Origin: Candidatus Latescibacterota bacterium
Lineage (GTDB): Bacteria > Latescibacterota > UBA2968
Length of the DNA stretch: 64,000 nt
Reading direction: 5' to 3'
NCBI GenBank assembly: GCA_965207885.1
Contig: OZ242311.1
Coordinates: 2,016,001 to 2,080,000 of the forward strand
The notes below the pieces were generated by a model. The model searched no databases and had not been told where the DNA came from. It saw nothing but the letters and a program-made list of their open reading frames with translations. A program made the position numbers and the translations under genes. Shown piece by piece: positions 45,377 to 55,539 of this stretch. The first letter of the stretch is position 1. Each line of letters opens with the position of its first letter.

Positions 45377-46032
45377 TTTTCTCTCTGCTTTTTTTTTCGT
45401 CGCCACCACCAGAATCCGAGTATGCCCACAACCATTAAAATTGCCAGTATGCGATTATAAGTTTTCAGTACAGCGACTACGATTTGCCAGTTTTCGCCGA
45501 CCGTAAAGCCAAAGTAGATCAGCAGACTATTCCACAATAATGTGCCAAATAACACGTAAAGCGTCATGCGCAGGGGGTGCATCTGGCTGATGCCAGCCAC
45601 AATACCGACAAATATCCGCACAGCGGGCAAAAAGCGGTTGAAAATGACGATTTTGTCGCCATAGCGATTGAACCATGTTTCGGTGCGGTGCAGGTTTTCT
45701 TCATTTAAGAACTTTATATTGAGCCGTAAGAAGAACGATCGCCCTTTTACAAATGCGATGGCGTAAAGGAGCAAACAGCCCACTGCGCTGCCTATCCACA
45801 TTGCAAAATACGCAGGCCAGACAGCGATTATCCCAATGCCGGCCAAATATGCGCCGAATACAATCAGGGTATCACCGGGAATGATAGGTACTATGTTCTC
45901 TAAAAAAGCACCCAGAAACAAAAAAAAGTAAATCCACTCTGGTGGTTGGTCTCTCAAATAGGCGAGAAAAGAATTCCAGAGTTCAGTAAAGTAAGGAAAA
46001 AACGAATTCCAGAGTTCAGTAAAGTACTCCAA
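45373..46032 (-). CDS. DedA family membrane protein
   Basis: IPGDTL and FNRYG...NRFLPAVR motifs; probable TTG start at 46032 after AAGGA. Confidence 0.88.
   Translation of the reverse strand: MEYFTELWNSFFPYFTELWNSFLAYLRDQPPEWIYFFLFLGAFLENIVPIIPGDTLIVFGAYLAGIGIIAVWPAYFAMWIGSAVGCLLLYAIAFVKGRSFFLRLNIKFLNEENLHRTETWFNRYGDKIVIFNRFLPAVRIFVGIVAGISQMHPLRMTLYVLFGTLLWNSLLIYFGFTVGENWQIVVAVLKTYNRILAILMVVGILGFWWWRRKKKQREK
45971..46026. repeat. 33-bp-period duplication at the DedA N-terminus (YFTELWNSF x2)
   Basis: GAATTCCAGAGTTCAGTAAAGTA at 45971 and 46004. Confidence 0.85.
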
Positions 46033-46093
46033 TTTGTATCCTTTGGATGTGACACAGGAGGCGATTACATTTTTGAATAAACTGCACAATAAG

Positions 46094-47260
46094 TCAATAA
46101 CTTTTTATTAACGCTACCGCCTGTGCTGCTATGCCTTCTTCGCGTCCGATAAAACCCATGTATTCGGTTGTGGTTGCTTTTACCGATATGAGGTCAACCG
46201 ACACTTCCAATGCGCGTGCTATGTTTTCGCGCATTTGTTCAATATACGGCGATAGTTTTGGGCGTTGCGCCATCACGGTTGCATCCACATTGAGCACCTG
46301 CGCGTGTGATTCTTTCAGGATGTGAGTCACGTGCGCCAGCAATGTGAGACTCGATATATCTTTGTACGCGGCGTCTGTATCGGGAAAGAGTTGACCAATG
46401 TCGCCGGCACCCAGTGCGCCCAACAGGGCATCGATGACGACATGGGTCAATACATCTGCATCTGAGTGACCCTGTAGCCCTTTTTCGTGGGGAATGTGTA
46501 CGCCACCCAAAATTAGCGCACGGTCCTCCGCGAGTTGATGCGCGTCATAGCCCTGACCAATTCGCAATGTCGGTGTCACTTCGCCTCGTTGTGCTAAAAT
46601 GTGCAAACCCATGTCGAGGTCTTCTATCGATGTAATTTTGATATTGTCCGCTCGCCCGGGCACAATGGTTACTGCTTCGCCCAAACGCTCTACCAGAGCC
46701 GTATCATCTGTGCCCAGATATCCCGATTCGCGCGCGGCACGATGGGCGCGGAAGATCACGTCGCGGCGAAATGCCTGGGGTGTTTGCACGGCTCGCAATG
46801 TCGATCTGTCCAGAGTTTTTGCGACTTGATCGCCCTGCACGCGTTTTATTGTATCTGTTACTGGTGTACCCAAAACAGCGGCGCCGTGTTCAGTTGCTGC
46901 CAGGACTACGGCATTGATCTCTTCGGGTGTTACATAAGCTCGCGCGCCATCGTGGATAGCAACTACGTCGGCATCTTGCGGGATCGCGTGTAGGCCGCAG
47001 GCCACAGAATCCTGTCGTTCTGCACCGCCAGCGATCACTTCGACGACTTTGGAAAATTTTTTCTTTCCGAATTGTTCTCGACAAGTATCGATGTCCTCAC
47101 GCCCCACGACCAACACAACGCGGTCAATGCGGTCTGCGCGTTCAAATGCGGTCAATGTCCAGGCCAATACGGGACGTCCGGCAAGGTCGAGAAATTGCTT
47201 GGGAATATGCGTGCCCATTCGTTTTCCCGATCCAGCAGCGAGAATGATGGCGTAGTTCAT
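46094..47260 (-). CDS. ispDF: Bifunctional IspD/IspF
   Basis: AAGSGKRM, HDGAR and QTPQ (IspD); GQGYDAH, HSDADV, DIGQLFP and KATTTE (IspF). Confidence 0.95.
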   Translation of the reverse strand: MNYAIILAAGSGKRMGTHIPKQFLDLAGRPVLAWTLTAFERADRIDRVVLVVGREDIDTCREQFGKKKFSKVVEVIAGGAERQDSVACGLHAIPQDADVVAIHDGARAYVTPEEINAVVLAATEHGAAVLGTPVTDTIKRVQGDQVAKTLDRSTLRAVQTPQAFRRDVIFRAHRAARESGYLGTDDTALVERLGEAVTIVPGRADNIKITSIEDLDMGLHILAQRGEVTPTLRIGQGYDAHQLAEDRALILGGVHIPHEKGLQGHSDADVLTHVVIDALLGALGAGDIGQLFPDTDAAYKDISSLTLLAHVTHILKESHAQVLNVDATVMAQRPKLSPYIEQMRENIARALEVSVDLISVKATTTEYMGFIGREEGIAAQAVALIKSY

Positions 47261-47283
47261 GATAAGCTTTCAGATTTTTGCGC

Positions 47284-48465
47284 TCATATGTTATACTGGT
47301 CCTGTTCCCGTTTGGCCCAGTCGGCGTTGACAAACATGTTCAGGCCGGGATCGGCGTATATGCCGTCTATTTTGTCGCCGTCGTGCTGTCGCAAGAAGTC
47401 GATGTCGATCTCTACGCCCCAGCCCGGGCCACCGGGCAATTCGAAATGACCATCTACGACTTCGGGGTACGGCGTTCCCGCGCGTTTGACGTGCTCATCT
47501 GCAAAATCATTAAAATGTTCGAGTACTTTGCCATTGCGGAGAGTTGCCATCAGGTGAAGGGTCGCAACGGTGGTGATAATTCCGCCGACATTGTGTGGCG
47601 CAACCATCACGTTATAGGTTTCAGCCGTGGAGGCGATTTTCTTGGTTTCCAGCAGGCCGCCACACTGGTTCAGATCCGGCTGGATGATATCCACGACCCG
47701 CATGGGAAATAGGTCTCTAAATTCCGCGGCTTTGTAAAGCCGTTCTCCGGTCGCAATTGGGATGGATGTATGTTGCGCTACTTTGGTCAATGCGCCCAGG
47801 TCTTCCGGACGCGTCGGTTCTTCAATCCATCCCGGACGCAGGTGTTCAATTGCTTTGGCGATTTCGATGGCTTGATGGGACGCGAACCGACCGTGCATTT
47901 CCACAAATATCTGTACGCGGTCACCCACGACGGAATGCACGGCTTCGATCAATTCAACGGATTTGAAAAATTCGTCGCGCGTCAGTTCCAGGTTGCCATT
48001 ACCAAATGGATCAAATTTTAGACCGATATATCCGCGGTCGATCACTTTTTGAGCTGCTTTGGCAAATTCTTCTGGCGAACGCTCCACTGTGTACCAGCCA
48101 TTTGCATAAGCGGGTACGCGTTCAATGGTTTTGCCGCCGATGAGATTGTACACGGGCTGATTGGTCAATTTGCCAATGCAATCCCAGCACGCCATCTCTA
48201 CGAGTGCCAGCCCCGTCATCACAACTTCACCTGGCACACCAAAGTCGTGGAGTGTGAATCGGCAATATAGGTCCTCTATATCGTACACACTGTGCCCGAT
48301 AAAATGTCGTCTGGTATCTTTCAGAAACTCCAGCACGGTATGTGTTTTGCTCAGGACGCGCGCTTCCCCAACCCCGCGCGTGCCGTCTTCCAATTCGATA
48401 AATACATACGTCAAATTGCGCCAGGGCGTTCCCAGCACATAAGTTTCGTAATTTTTGATTTTCAA
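47284..48465 (-). CDS. Mandelate racemase/enolase superfamily dehydratase (DgoD-like)
   Basis: AAGGAG SD plus TTG 48465; YANGW, KFDPF, EMHGR, IEEP, ATGER and APHN motifs. Confidence 0.88.
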   Translation of the reverse strand: MKIKNYETYVLGTPWRNLTYVFIELEDGTRGVGEARVLSKTHTVLEFLKDTRRHFIGHSVYDIEDLYCRFTLHDFGVPGEVVMTGLALVEMACWDCIGKLTNQPVYNLIGGKTIERVPAYANGWYTVERSPEEFAKAAQKVIDRGYIGLKFDPFGNGNLELTRDEFFKSVELIEAVHSVVGDRVQIFVEMHGRFASHQAIEIAKAIEHLRPGWIEEPTRPEDLGALTKVAQHTSIPIATGERLYKAAEFRDLFPMRVVDIIQPDLNQCGGLLETKKIASTAETYNVMVAPHNVGGIITTVATLHLMATLRNGKVLEHFNDFADEHVKRAGTPYPEVVDGHFELPGGPGWGVEIDIDFLRQHDGDKIDGIYADPGLNMFVNADWAKREQDQYNI

Positions 48466-48482
48466 AGGGTACTCCTTTTTCG

Positions 48483-49520
48483 CTATAATATCATCATTGC
48501 ATCGCCATAACTGTAAAACCGATAGGCTTCGCGCACGGCTTCCCGATATGCTCGCATCACAAAATCGCGCCCCATGAATGCGGCGATGAGCATGAGTAAA
48601 GTAGATTCTGGCAGATGGAAATTTGTGATTAGACCATCTACCAATCGAAAATTGTAGGGTGGATAGATAAAGATATGCGTCCAGTCCGAGCCGGATTTTA
48701 GTTGCCAATTTGATCCGATTTTTACCGCTGCGGACTCGAGTGTTCGCACCGATGTCGTTCCCACTGCGATGACGCGCCCGCCATTTGCCCGGCATCGGTT
48801 GACGGTTTCTGCCGCGCTTTCATCAATTTTCCAAAATTCCGCACCCATTTTGTGATCGCGCACATCGTCTGCTTTCACTGGTTTGAATGTGCCGGGTCCT
48901 ACATGTAGCAGGATTCGCGCTAAACCTATGCCCAATGCTTCAATTTTTGCCAACAGAACGGGGGTAAAATGAAGCCCCGCAGTGGGAGCAGCGATAGACC
49001 CGTGCACGCGCGCATAGACCGTCTGATACCGCTCTTTGTCAGAGGCGCAATCTTCCCGCCGAATATAGGGCGGCAATGGTACATGGCCATGTGTTTTTAG
49101 GAGTTCATCCAGCGATCCTTTGCCCTCAAACCGCACGCGGCGGTTGCCCGAATCGAGTACGTCTTCGACCGTGGCAATCAGGTCAGATCCTTCAAAAGCA
49201 ATTTCAGCCCCAATTCGCAATCGCCGTCCAGGCCGCGCCATTACTTCCCAGCTATCGCCATTGGGATGCAGGAGCAAAAGTTCTACTGCACCTCGAGTGA
49301 TTGGCCGGTATCCTTTTAGACGCGCGGGAAATACCCGCGTTTCGTTCAATACCAGACAATCGCCTGCGCGCAAAAAGTTGGGCAGTTCTCGAAATGTTCG
49401 ATGTACAATCTCGCGGTGCGTGCGATTTGCTACCATCAAACGCGATCCATCGCGCTCAGCCGTTGGGTATTGTGCGATCAGGTGATTGGGTAATTCGTAA
49501 TAAAAATCAGAACGTTTCAC
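48483..49520 (-). CDS. queA: S-adenosylmethionine:tRNA ribosyltransferase-isomerase
   Basis: PLPPYI, YQTVYA, AAPTAGLHF, LHVGPGTF, TNFHLP and YRFYSYGD motifs. Confidence 0.95.
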   Translation of the reverse strand: MKRSDFYYELPNHLIAQYPTAERDGSRLMVANRTHREIVHRTFRELPNFLRAGDCLVLNETRVFPARLKGYRPITRGAVELLLLHPNGDSWEVMARPGRRLRIGAEIAFEGSDLIATVEDVLDSGNRRVRFEGKGSLDELLKTHGHVPLPPYIRREDCASDKERYQTVYARVHGSIAAPTAGLHFTPVLLAKIEALGIGLARILLHVGPGTFKPVKADDVRDHKMGAEFWKIDESAAETVNRCRANGGRVIAVGTTSVRTLESAAVKIGSNWQLKSGSDWTHIFIYPPYNFRLVDGLITNFHLPESTLLMLIAAFMGRDFVMRAYREAVREAYRFYSYGDAMMIL

Positions 49521-49558
49521 TGGATGAATTTTAAAAAAGTGAGAATATGGCAATCGTA

Positions 49559-50338
49559 TCACTCAAAGAGCGATGGAAAGTGACGATGGGGTTCTGCTGG
49601 CTCTCTGAAGAGTATCTGCTGGCGCGGTGTCAGTTCTGTGTTGGTTGGCGGTTGGACGCGATTGGGTCTCCAGGCTGTGTGCGCTACGCAATATTTGTAA
49701 AGGAGAGAGCGGCGTTCGTGCTTGCTGTACCAGGCCGATGTCCCGTGCGTTAGAGCTTCGGAAAATAAAATAGCGGAGCCAGCAGGTGCATGTGGAATGA
49801 TTATAAGGGGCGATTTTTCGGGAGCATCGAATATCTTTTGGGGTAATCGGTAGTTGCTTTTGTGGCTACCGGGAATGCAGCAGAATCCCCCGTGGTCTGG
49901 CCCTGCGTCTGTGAGGCTCCACGCTACAACCATGAATCCGTCGGTGATCTCGTGTTTGGGAAAATTAAAGTATTTGCCCGGCATCGATCCAGAAATGGGT
50001 GACATGGCGCCGTAGTCGGCGTGCAGACGCCCTCTTCCCATGCCCGCTTTCATGTACATGCCATAGAGGCGGTCAAGGCGAAAGCAGTCGCCCAATCGGA
50101 AGCGCAATATAGACATAATTTGAGGGTGATCAAGGAGGTCGCAAAAGGGTTTTCCCCATTGCAGAAAGCCCGGCCCGTCTGGCGCGCTGCCAAATCGCTG
50201 CGTTTCGCCCGGTGGGGGCAGTTTTTGTCGGTCAAATAGTTCATTGAGTGTTGCTACTTCGTCTGCGGTTAAGACGTTTTCAACGACGAGATAGCCCTGC
50301 AAGTCGAGCAGGTATTGTTGTGTTTCAAGGTCCTCCAT
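49559..50338 (-). CDS. PhyH family dioxygenase
   Basis: DLQGYLVVENVL, LHAD, IPGSHKSN and EALTHG motifs. Confidence 0.85.
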   Translation of the reverse strand: MEDLETQQYLLDLQGYLVVENVLTADEVATLNELFDRQKLPPPGETQRFGSAPDGPGFLQWGKPFCDLLDHPQIMSILRFRLGDCFRLDRLYGMYMKAGMGRGRLHADYGAMSPISGSMPGKYFNFPKHEITDGFMVVAWSLTDAGPDHGGFCCIPGSHKSNYRLPQKIFDAPEKSPLIIIPHAPAGSAILFSEALTHGTSAWYSKHERRSLLYKYCVAHTAWRPNRVQPPTNTELTPRQQILFREPAEPHRHFPSLFE

Positions 50339-50560
50339 AATATCCTCCTGTTGTTTTTAAATGATGTGGTGTAATGTCCTGGGGAATGATATTGATTGGA
50401 CTATATTAGATTTCGACTTTGGACGCAAGGAGAAAGACCAGCAAATGGTCAGTTGCAAAATCAGGTAGGTGGTATTATATTTTGCTGTGTCTTATTATTT
50501 TACGCAAAGAAACGGTGTGTATCACGCCGTTTCTTTTTTTCCAAATAACAGGAGTGTGCT

Positions 50561-51601
50561 ATGGCAGTTAAAACGTGTCTTATGGTGGGCGGTGGTGGTA
50601 TGGCAGGGGGCTGGATCAATCGCATGACGCAAAAATTTGGAGATCGCATCAAAATTATCGGTCTCGTCGATGTCAATCGGGATGTGCTGGATCGTCAGGC
50701 GCAGACACTTGGTCTGTCTAAAGATCAACTTTTTACTTCACACGAAGATGCTGTGTCCACTGTCAAAGCCGATTTTTGTGGTGTGGCAACGCCGCCGCCG
50801 TTTCACGCGCCGGCAACAGTTGCCGCGCTTGAGGCGGGCATGCCCGTGATATCCGAGAAGCCGATTGCAGATACGCTCGATGCGGCTAAAGACATGGTTC
50901 GCGCTGCCCAAAAGACGGGCTTGCCCTGCGCCATTATTCAAAATTATCGCTATGCCCGAAATAAGCAGGAACTCGTTCGAATTCGCGATGAGGGACGCCT
51001 CGGTCGGCTGCAGCATATTGTTGGACGATATGCTTGCGATTACCGAGAATTTGAGTCGTGGGGCAAAGCCTGGCGGCATACGATGGAATTTGGTCTTCTC
51101 TTTGAAGGCTCGGTGCATCATTTTGACATGCTGCGTTTTCTTTCAGGTGGCGATCCCGATACGCTTATGGGATTTGGCTGGAATCCCGAATGGTCGAGTT
51201 TTGATCACCATTCGAGCGGGATGTATCTCGTGAATATGGACAATGGTACGCATGCGTTTTACGAGGGTAATAGCTCAGCGGCGGGTATTACCAACTGCTG
51301 GCATCGGGAACACTACCGCGCTGAATTTGAAGAGGGGACGGTCGAGATTGCCGAGGGTGCTACTGTGACTATTCACCGCGTTGGGCAAGAGCCAGAAGTT
51401 TATGAAGCGCCTGAAATTGAATGGGAAGGTCACGATCATCTTTTCGATGAGTTTCTCGACTGGCTCGATGGGGGGCCGCCTTCCGAGACGCGCATTGAAA
51501 AAAATATTATTTCGTATGCTATGGTCATCGCCGCAATGGAGACGACGCTGGATGGACAGCCGAAGAAAATCGCAGATTATGTTTCGGATCTCGATTTGTA
51601 G
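50561..51601 (+). CDS. Gfo/Idh/MocA oxidoreductase
   Basis: VGGGGMA, SEKP, QNYR and HHFD motifs. Confidence 0.88.
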   Translation: MAVKTCLMVGGGGMAGGWINRMTQKFGDRIKIIGLVDVNRDVLDRQAQTLGLSKDQLFTSHEDAVSTVKADFCGVATPPPFHAPATVAALEAGMPVISEKPIADTLDAAKDMVRAAQKTGLPCAIIQNYRYARNKQELVRIRDEGRLGRLQHIVGRYACDYREFESWGKAWRHTMEFGLLFEGSVHHFDMLRFLSGGDPDTLMGFGWNPEWSSFDHHSSGMYLVNMDNGTHAFYEGNSSAAGITNCWHREHYRAEFEEGTVEIAEGATVTIHRVGQEPEVYEAPEIEWEGHDHLFDEFLDWLDGGPPSETRIEKNIISYAMVIAAMETTLDGQPKKIADYVSDLDL

Positions 51602-51625
51602 CCATAGATCAACTTACCAAATCGC

Positions 51626-51660
51626 AAAAAAGCCCCCGTAACACTGTTGCGGGGGCTTTG
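51626..51660. terminator. Bidirectional terminator
   Basis: AAAAAGCCCCCGTAAC-ACT-GTTGCGGGGGCTTT between convergent genes. Confidence 0.75.
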
Positions 51661-51680
51661 AATTGGTCGTTTTTCGCCTA

Positions 51681-52493
51681 TTAGCAACACCCTGTGCTCG
51701 ACAAGATGCCTCTGATATATCCGAGCGTGAATGCGAGGTCACGGTCGATACCTTCAGGCGTTTTGGAGCCGACGCATTCTACGTAGAGTGGACCTGTGAA
51801 TCCCCCGCCGATTAGTCCGGATAAGATGCGGTGAAAATCGACTTCACCATCTCCTGCTGTGGTCTGTACATTGGGGTTGTTCTCAGAGTCCAATGCACAA
51901 TCTTTTACAATCGCTGTTGAGGTGTATTTTGCAATATCATCCACTTCCTGCTCTGGGCGCACTTCGCCGCGCGTGTAGTGAATGATGTTGCCCGGGTCGT
52001 AGCTTACCGCAAATGCGGGGTGATTGACCTGGTGATACAGATCGATCAATTCTTTTGCTGTCAGGCTGATACCCCCATGAGGCTTGAGGGAGATGCCCAG
52101 ATCTAAGGTATCCGCGTGTTCGGCTGCACGGCGCATGACTTCGGGATAGATGCCGTAATATTCTTTTTTTCCCGTTCCCAATTCCAATATCCACTTTGCG
52201 CCGAGTTCGGCGGCGTTATCCAATAATTGTTTATACGCATCTGCTGCACCATCCACACCGTGCTCCAACAGCGCTCTGCCGAGCAACATGGATGGATTGA
52301 CGCCCGCCTGGGTAGCGGCTTTTTTGGCGGCTGCGATTTGCGCGGCACTGCTTTCATTATTTACGGGTATAACCCCATCGTGTGCAAATACAGCTACGTC
52401 TGTATATCCAGCGCTTGCGATGTGTTCACACGCCTCTGCAAATGACAGGGCGTTGAGAGGTCGCGTTGTGCTGCCAATGACCAGTTCCATCAT
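51681..52493 (-). CDS. Sugar phosphate isomerase/epimerase (xylose-isomerase-like TIM barrel)
   Basis: LKPHGG, YDPGN, VKD, GDGEVDF and GPLYVEC motifs. Confidence 0.8.
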   Translation of the reverse strand: MMELVIGSTTRPLNALSFAEACEHIASAGYTDVAVFAHDGVIPVNNESSAAQIAAAKKAATQAGVNPSMLLGRALLEHGVDGAADAYKQLLDNAAELGAKWILELGTGKKEYYGIYPEVMRRAAEHADTLDLGISLKPHGGISLTAKELIDLYHQVNHPAFAVSYDPGNIIHYTRGEVRPEQEVDDIAKYTSTAIVKDCALDSENNPNVQTTAGDGEVDFHRILSGLIGGGFTGPLYVECVGSKTPEGIDRDLAFTLGYIRGILSSTGCC

Positions 52494-52522
52494 TTACTCC
52501 TTCCTCGTTTTATCCGGATTGT

Positions 52523-53344
52523 TTACCCGTGGTTGTTAAGGTCTTTCCCGCAATGCGGGCATTTATTTTCGCGATGAGATTCCTGCATGGCTTCGACAAA
52601 GCCAGAACTCAAGATGCCGGCGGGTAAGGCAAACATCCCAACGCCCAGTACGGCAATTATTGCCCCCAGGAATTTGCCCAATGACGTTATGGGAAAGACA
52701 TCGCCATAGCCCACGGTTGTCAGGGTTACTATTCCCCACCACATGGTTGTTGGAATACTCGAAAAGGCTTCGGGTTGTGCATAGTGTTCGACAAAATACA
52801 TCAGGCTGGATACGATGACTAATAAGAGCGTCAATGCAAATGCTACGATATAAAGTTCATGGCGTTTTTGCCATATTACCCGGCCAAACATTTGCATTGA
52901 ATGCGAATAGCGGCCCACTTTGAGCAGGCGAAATAATCGCAACAAGCGCAGGGGCAGCGTATATTCGGGCGGTATTGTGACGAGTAAAAAGACATAATAG
53001 GGAAATATGGCGATGAAATCAATCAGCGCCAGAGGCGTCAGCATAAATGCCAACCGCCCAGTCAGGGGGCGCGCAAATTTTTTATCTGCGGTACAACACC
53101 AGATACGCAGCAGGTATTCAACAGTGAAGATCAGCACGCATATAGTTTCAAAAAGCTCGATAAACTCGCCATAAGTCTCATTAATTCCCTCGACGGTTTC
53201 GAGTATGACCATTGTCACATTCAGGACGATGAGGGTGATTATAAAAAGATCAACTATGCGGCTCAGCAGATCACCTTCTTCGGCTTTTTCCAGGATTGCG
53301 TACAAGTGTGTTTTTGCGGTCATCGCGTTTACCTCCCGCTCCAA
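52523..53344 (-). CDS. Voltage-gated potassium channel (ion transporter)
   Basis: S4 LRLLRLFRLLK; TTVGYGD selectivity filter; C-terminal CPHCG. Confidence 0.92.
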   Translation of the reverse strand: MEREVNAMTAKTHLYAILEKAEEGDLLSRIVDLFIITLIVLNVTMVILETVEGINETYGEFIELFETICVLIFTVEYLLRIWCCTADKKFARPLTGRLAFMLTPLALIDFIAIFPYYVFLLVTIPPEYTLPLRLLRLFRLLKVGRYSHSMQMFGRVIWQKRHELYIVAFALTLLLVIVSSLMYFVEHYAQPEAFSSIPTTMWWGIVTLTTVGYGDVFPITSLGKFLGAIIAVLGVGMFALPAGILSSGFVEAMQESHRENKCPHCGKDLNNHG

Positions 53345-53379
53345 AATAGAATTGTTTTGTGATCTTTACAAGTGAATAT

Positions 53380-53413
53380 TAAGAGGTGAGATGTAAGACG
53401 TAAGAGGTGAAGG
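53380..53413. repeat. Degenerate heptamer tandem repeat
   Basis: TAAGAGG TGAGATG TAAGACG TAAGAGG TGAAGG; reverse complement of the unit at 40410. Confidence 0.55.
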
Positions 53414-53472
53414 TCGCAGTCCCCAGTCCCCTGGGATGGATTGTGGGGCGAGGCTCATCAAAGGAGTTTTAT

Positions 53473-55416
53473 TTGTCTGATCTTTTAAAAAATCCAATTG
53501 TCCGAGTTATTTTTGCGCTTATTTTTGCGGTGGTTCTGGTGAGCGTTTTGCCGGGGAACCGGGAGCGCGTTTTACACGAGCAACTGTTGACTGCGATTCC
53601 CAAATTGGCGGAACAGTTTGGCGATTATCCATGGATGCTATCGCCGGATGCGGATCGCGTGTTGCAGAAGGCTTTTGCCGAAGCACAAGGTCGTCGGCCT
53701 GATGCGTCTGATGAGGGTGCAGAGATTGTATTTCGCAGCGTGGCAATCTCCGAGGATTATCACCTCGTTGCTGTGCGCGGTTCTGATGAACGCGGGGAAG
53801 TTTTGTCGCCTGTTACGGCGTGGAGTCTTTTTCCACCTGTTGCTGCGATTCTGGTGGCTATTATCAGCGGGCGTCTTATTCTGGGGCTTTCGCTTTCTAT
53901 TCTCGCGGGGGGATTTCTCGCGTCGCTGGGTGAACCTCTTTATTATTTGCCGATTATTGCGCTGCAAAAATCCCTGATTGGCTATGTTTGGACGCCTTTG
54001 GAAAGTTCGTTTCAGCTCTATATTCTCGCGTTTACTGCAGGGCTTATCGGTATGGTACGCGTTACCACGCTTTCGGGTGGCAATCTCGGTATTGCCAATG
54101 TGCTCGCCCGACGTGCCGAGGGCGCGCGTTCAACGCGGTTGGCGGCATTTTTTATGGGGCTTGCTATCTTTTTTGACGACTATGCCAATTCTATTGTCGT
54201 GGGTTCTACGTTGCGCCCGATAGCGGACCGATTCAGGGTGTCGCGCGAAAAACTCGCGTATATTGTCGATTCAACTGCCGCCCCTATTGCGGGTATTGCG
54301 ATTATCAGTACGTGGATTGGATACGAAGTTAGCCTTTTTCAGGATTTAATGACGGATCTCAAGACCGGGTTGTCGGGATACCAGCTTTTTTTTAATGCTC
54401 TGCCTTTGCGTTTCTATTGTTTGCTTACGCTTACTTTTGTGTTGCTTTCTGCTTATCTGCGCCGCGATTACGGGCCTATGCTCGCCGCAGAACGCCGCGC
54501 ACAAACAACGGGTCAGGTGATGCGCCCTGGCGCGACGCCAATGACCGGACGAGCACAGGACGAAATTGGTCCTGTTGAGGGCGTCCGTCCCGTGTGGTGG
54601 GCGGCTGTTTTGCCCGTACTTCTCGTTATTGTGTGCGTCATTGGGGGGATGGCTTTTGATACTTGGGATCACGAGAGGGTTCTCGCTGCGCGGCGGGATT
54701 ATGGCTTGATGAGTAGCGCGTTTTGGAGTGCGTGTTTTTCAAATGCCAATACTGCGCAGGTTCTTTTTGTGGCGGCAATGCTTGGTTCTGCACTCGCGAT
54801 TGCGATAGCTATTACGCGCAGGCAGGTTGAGACGGGTGCGCGGGTTATTTCTGTGGGGGATGCTGTCTCGACATGGGCGCGCGGTATTGTCGGCGTGTGG
54901 TATGCGATTGTTATTCTGATTCTCGCATGGGCGATCAAAGAGGTCTGTGCAGATGCGGGTACGTCAACTTATCTCACCGCGGCACTTTCTCCGCTTATTT
55001 CTCCGGGGCTGCTGCCTTTGCTGATTTTTCTGCTCGCTGCTCTTGTTGCATTTTCAATTGGCACGTCCTGGACGACGATGGCGATTCTCATTCCTACAGT
55101 TGTTCCGCTCGCACATGCGGTGGGGGGGCTACCACTGACTATCCTGGCAGCCGCGGCTGTGCTTGATGGGGCGATTTTTGGCGATCATTGCTCGCCTATT
55201 AGCGATACTACGGTGATGGCGAGTATCGCGTCGTCGTGTGACCACCTTGATCACGTTAAAACACAACTTCCCTACGCGCTCACGACGATGAGTGTCGCGG
55301 GTATTTTTGGCTATTTGGGGACGGCGCTGATTTATCCAGGGTGGGTTGGTCTCGTTCTGGGCCTGATTACCATTCCAATAATTCTTCTCGCTATAGGCAA
55401 AAATCCGGATGAATAG
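53473..55416 (+). CDS. Na+/H+ antiporter NhaC family protein
   Basis: FFDDYAN, SREKLAYIVDSTAAP, GTSW and GDHCSPISDTT motifs; AAGGAG SD plus TTG 53473. Confidence 0.9.
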   Translation: MSDLLKNPIVRVIFALIFAVVLVSVLPGNRERVLHEQLLTAIPKLAEQFGDYPWMLSPDADRVLQKAFAEAQGRRPDASDEGAEIVFRSVAISEDYHLVAVRGSDERGEVLSPVTAWSLFPPVAAILVAIISGRLILGLSLSILAGGFLASLGEPLYYLPIIALQKSLIGYVWTPLESSFQLYILAFTAGLIGMVRVTTLSGGNLGIANVLARRAEGARSTRLAAFFMGLAIFFDDYANSIVVGSTLRPIADRFRVSREKLAYIVDSTAAPIAGIAIISTWIGYEVSLFQDLMTDLKTGLSGYQLFFNALPLRFYCLLTLTFVLLSAYLRRDYGPMLAAERRAQTTGQVMRPGATPMTGRAQDEIGPVEGVRPVWWAAVLPVLLVIVCVIGGMAFDTWDHERVLAARRDYGLMSSAFWSACFSNANTAQVLFVAAMLGSALAIAIAITRRQVETGARVISVGDAVSTWARGIVGVWYAIVILILAWAIKEVCADAGTSTYLTAALSPLISPGLLPLLIFLLAALVAFSIGTSWTTMAILIPTVVPLAHAVGGLPLTILAAAAVLDGAIFGDHCSPISDTTVMASIASSCDHLDHVKTQLPYALTTMSVAGIFGYLGTALIYPGWVGLVLGLITIPIILLAIGKNPDE

Positions 55417-55539
55417 TGGTGTAGCCCATCCCGCCTCTGCCGGTTTTTTATACCTGCGCTCTATTGTTTTCTTGACTTCTATTTTTGAGTGATTCATGCA
55501 TGCCTTGTCACATATTGAGGATTTGAGATTTTAACGGAG

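Noticed and set aside
48466-48795. 110-aa N-terminal extension of the dehydratase ORF
   Set aside because: It overlaps queA in another frame; AAGGAG plus TTG at 48465 gives a normal-length protein.
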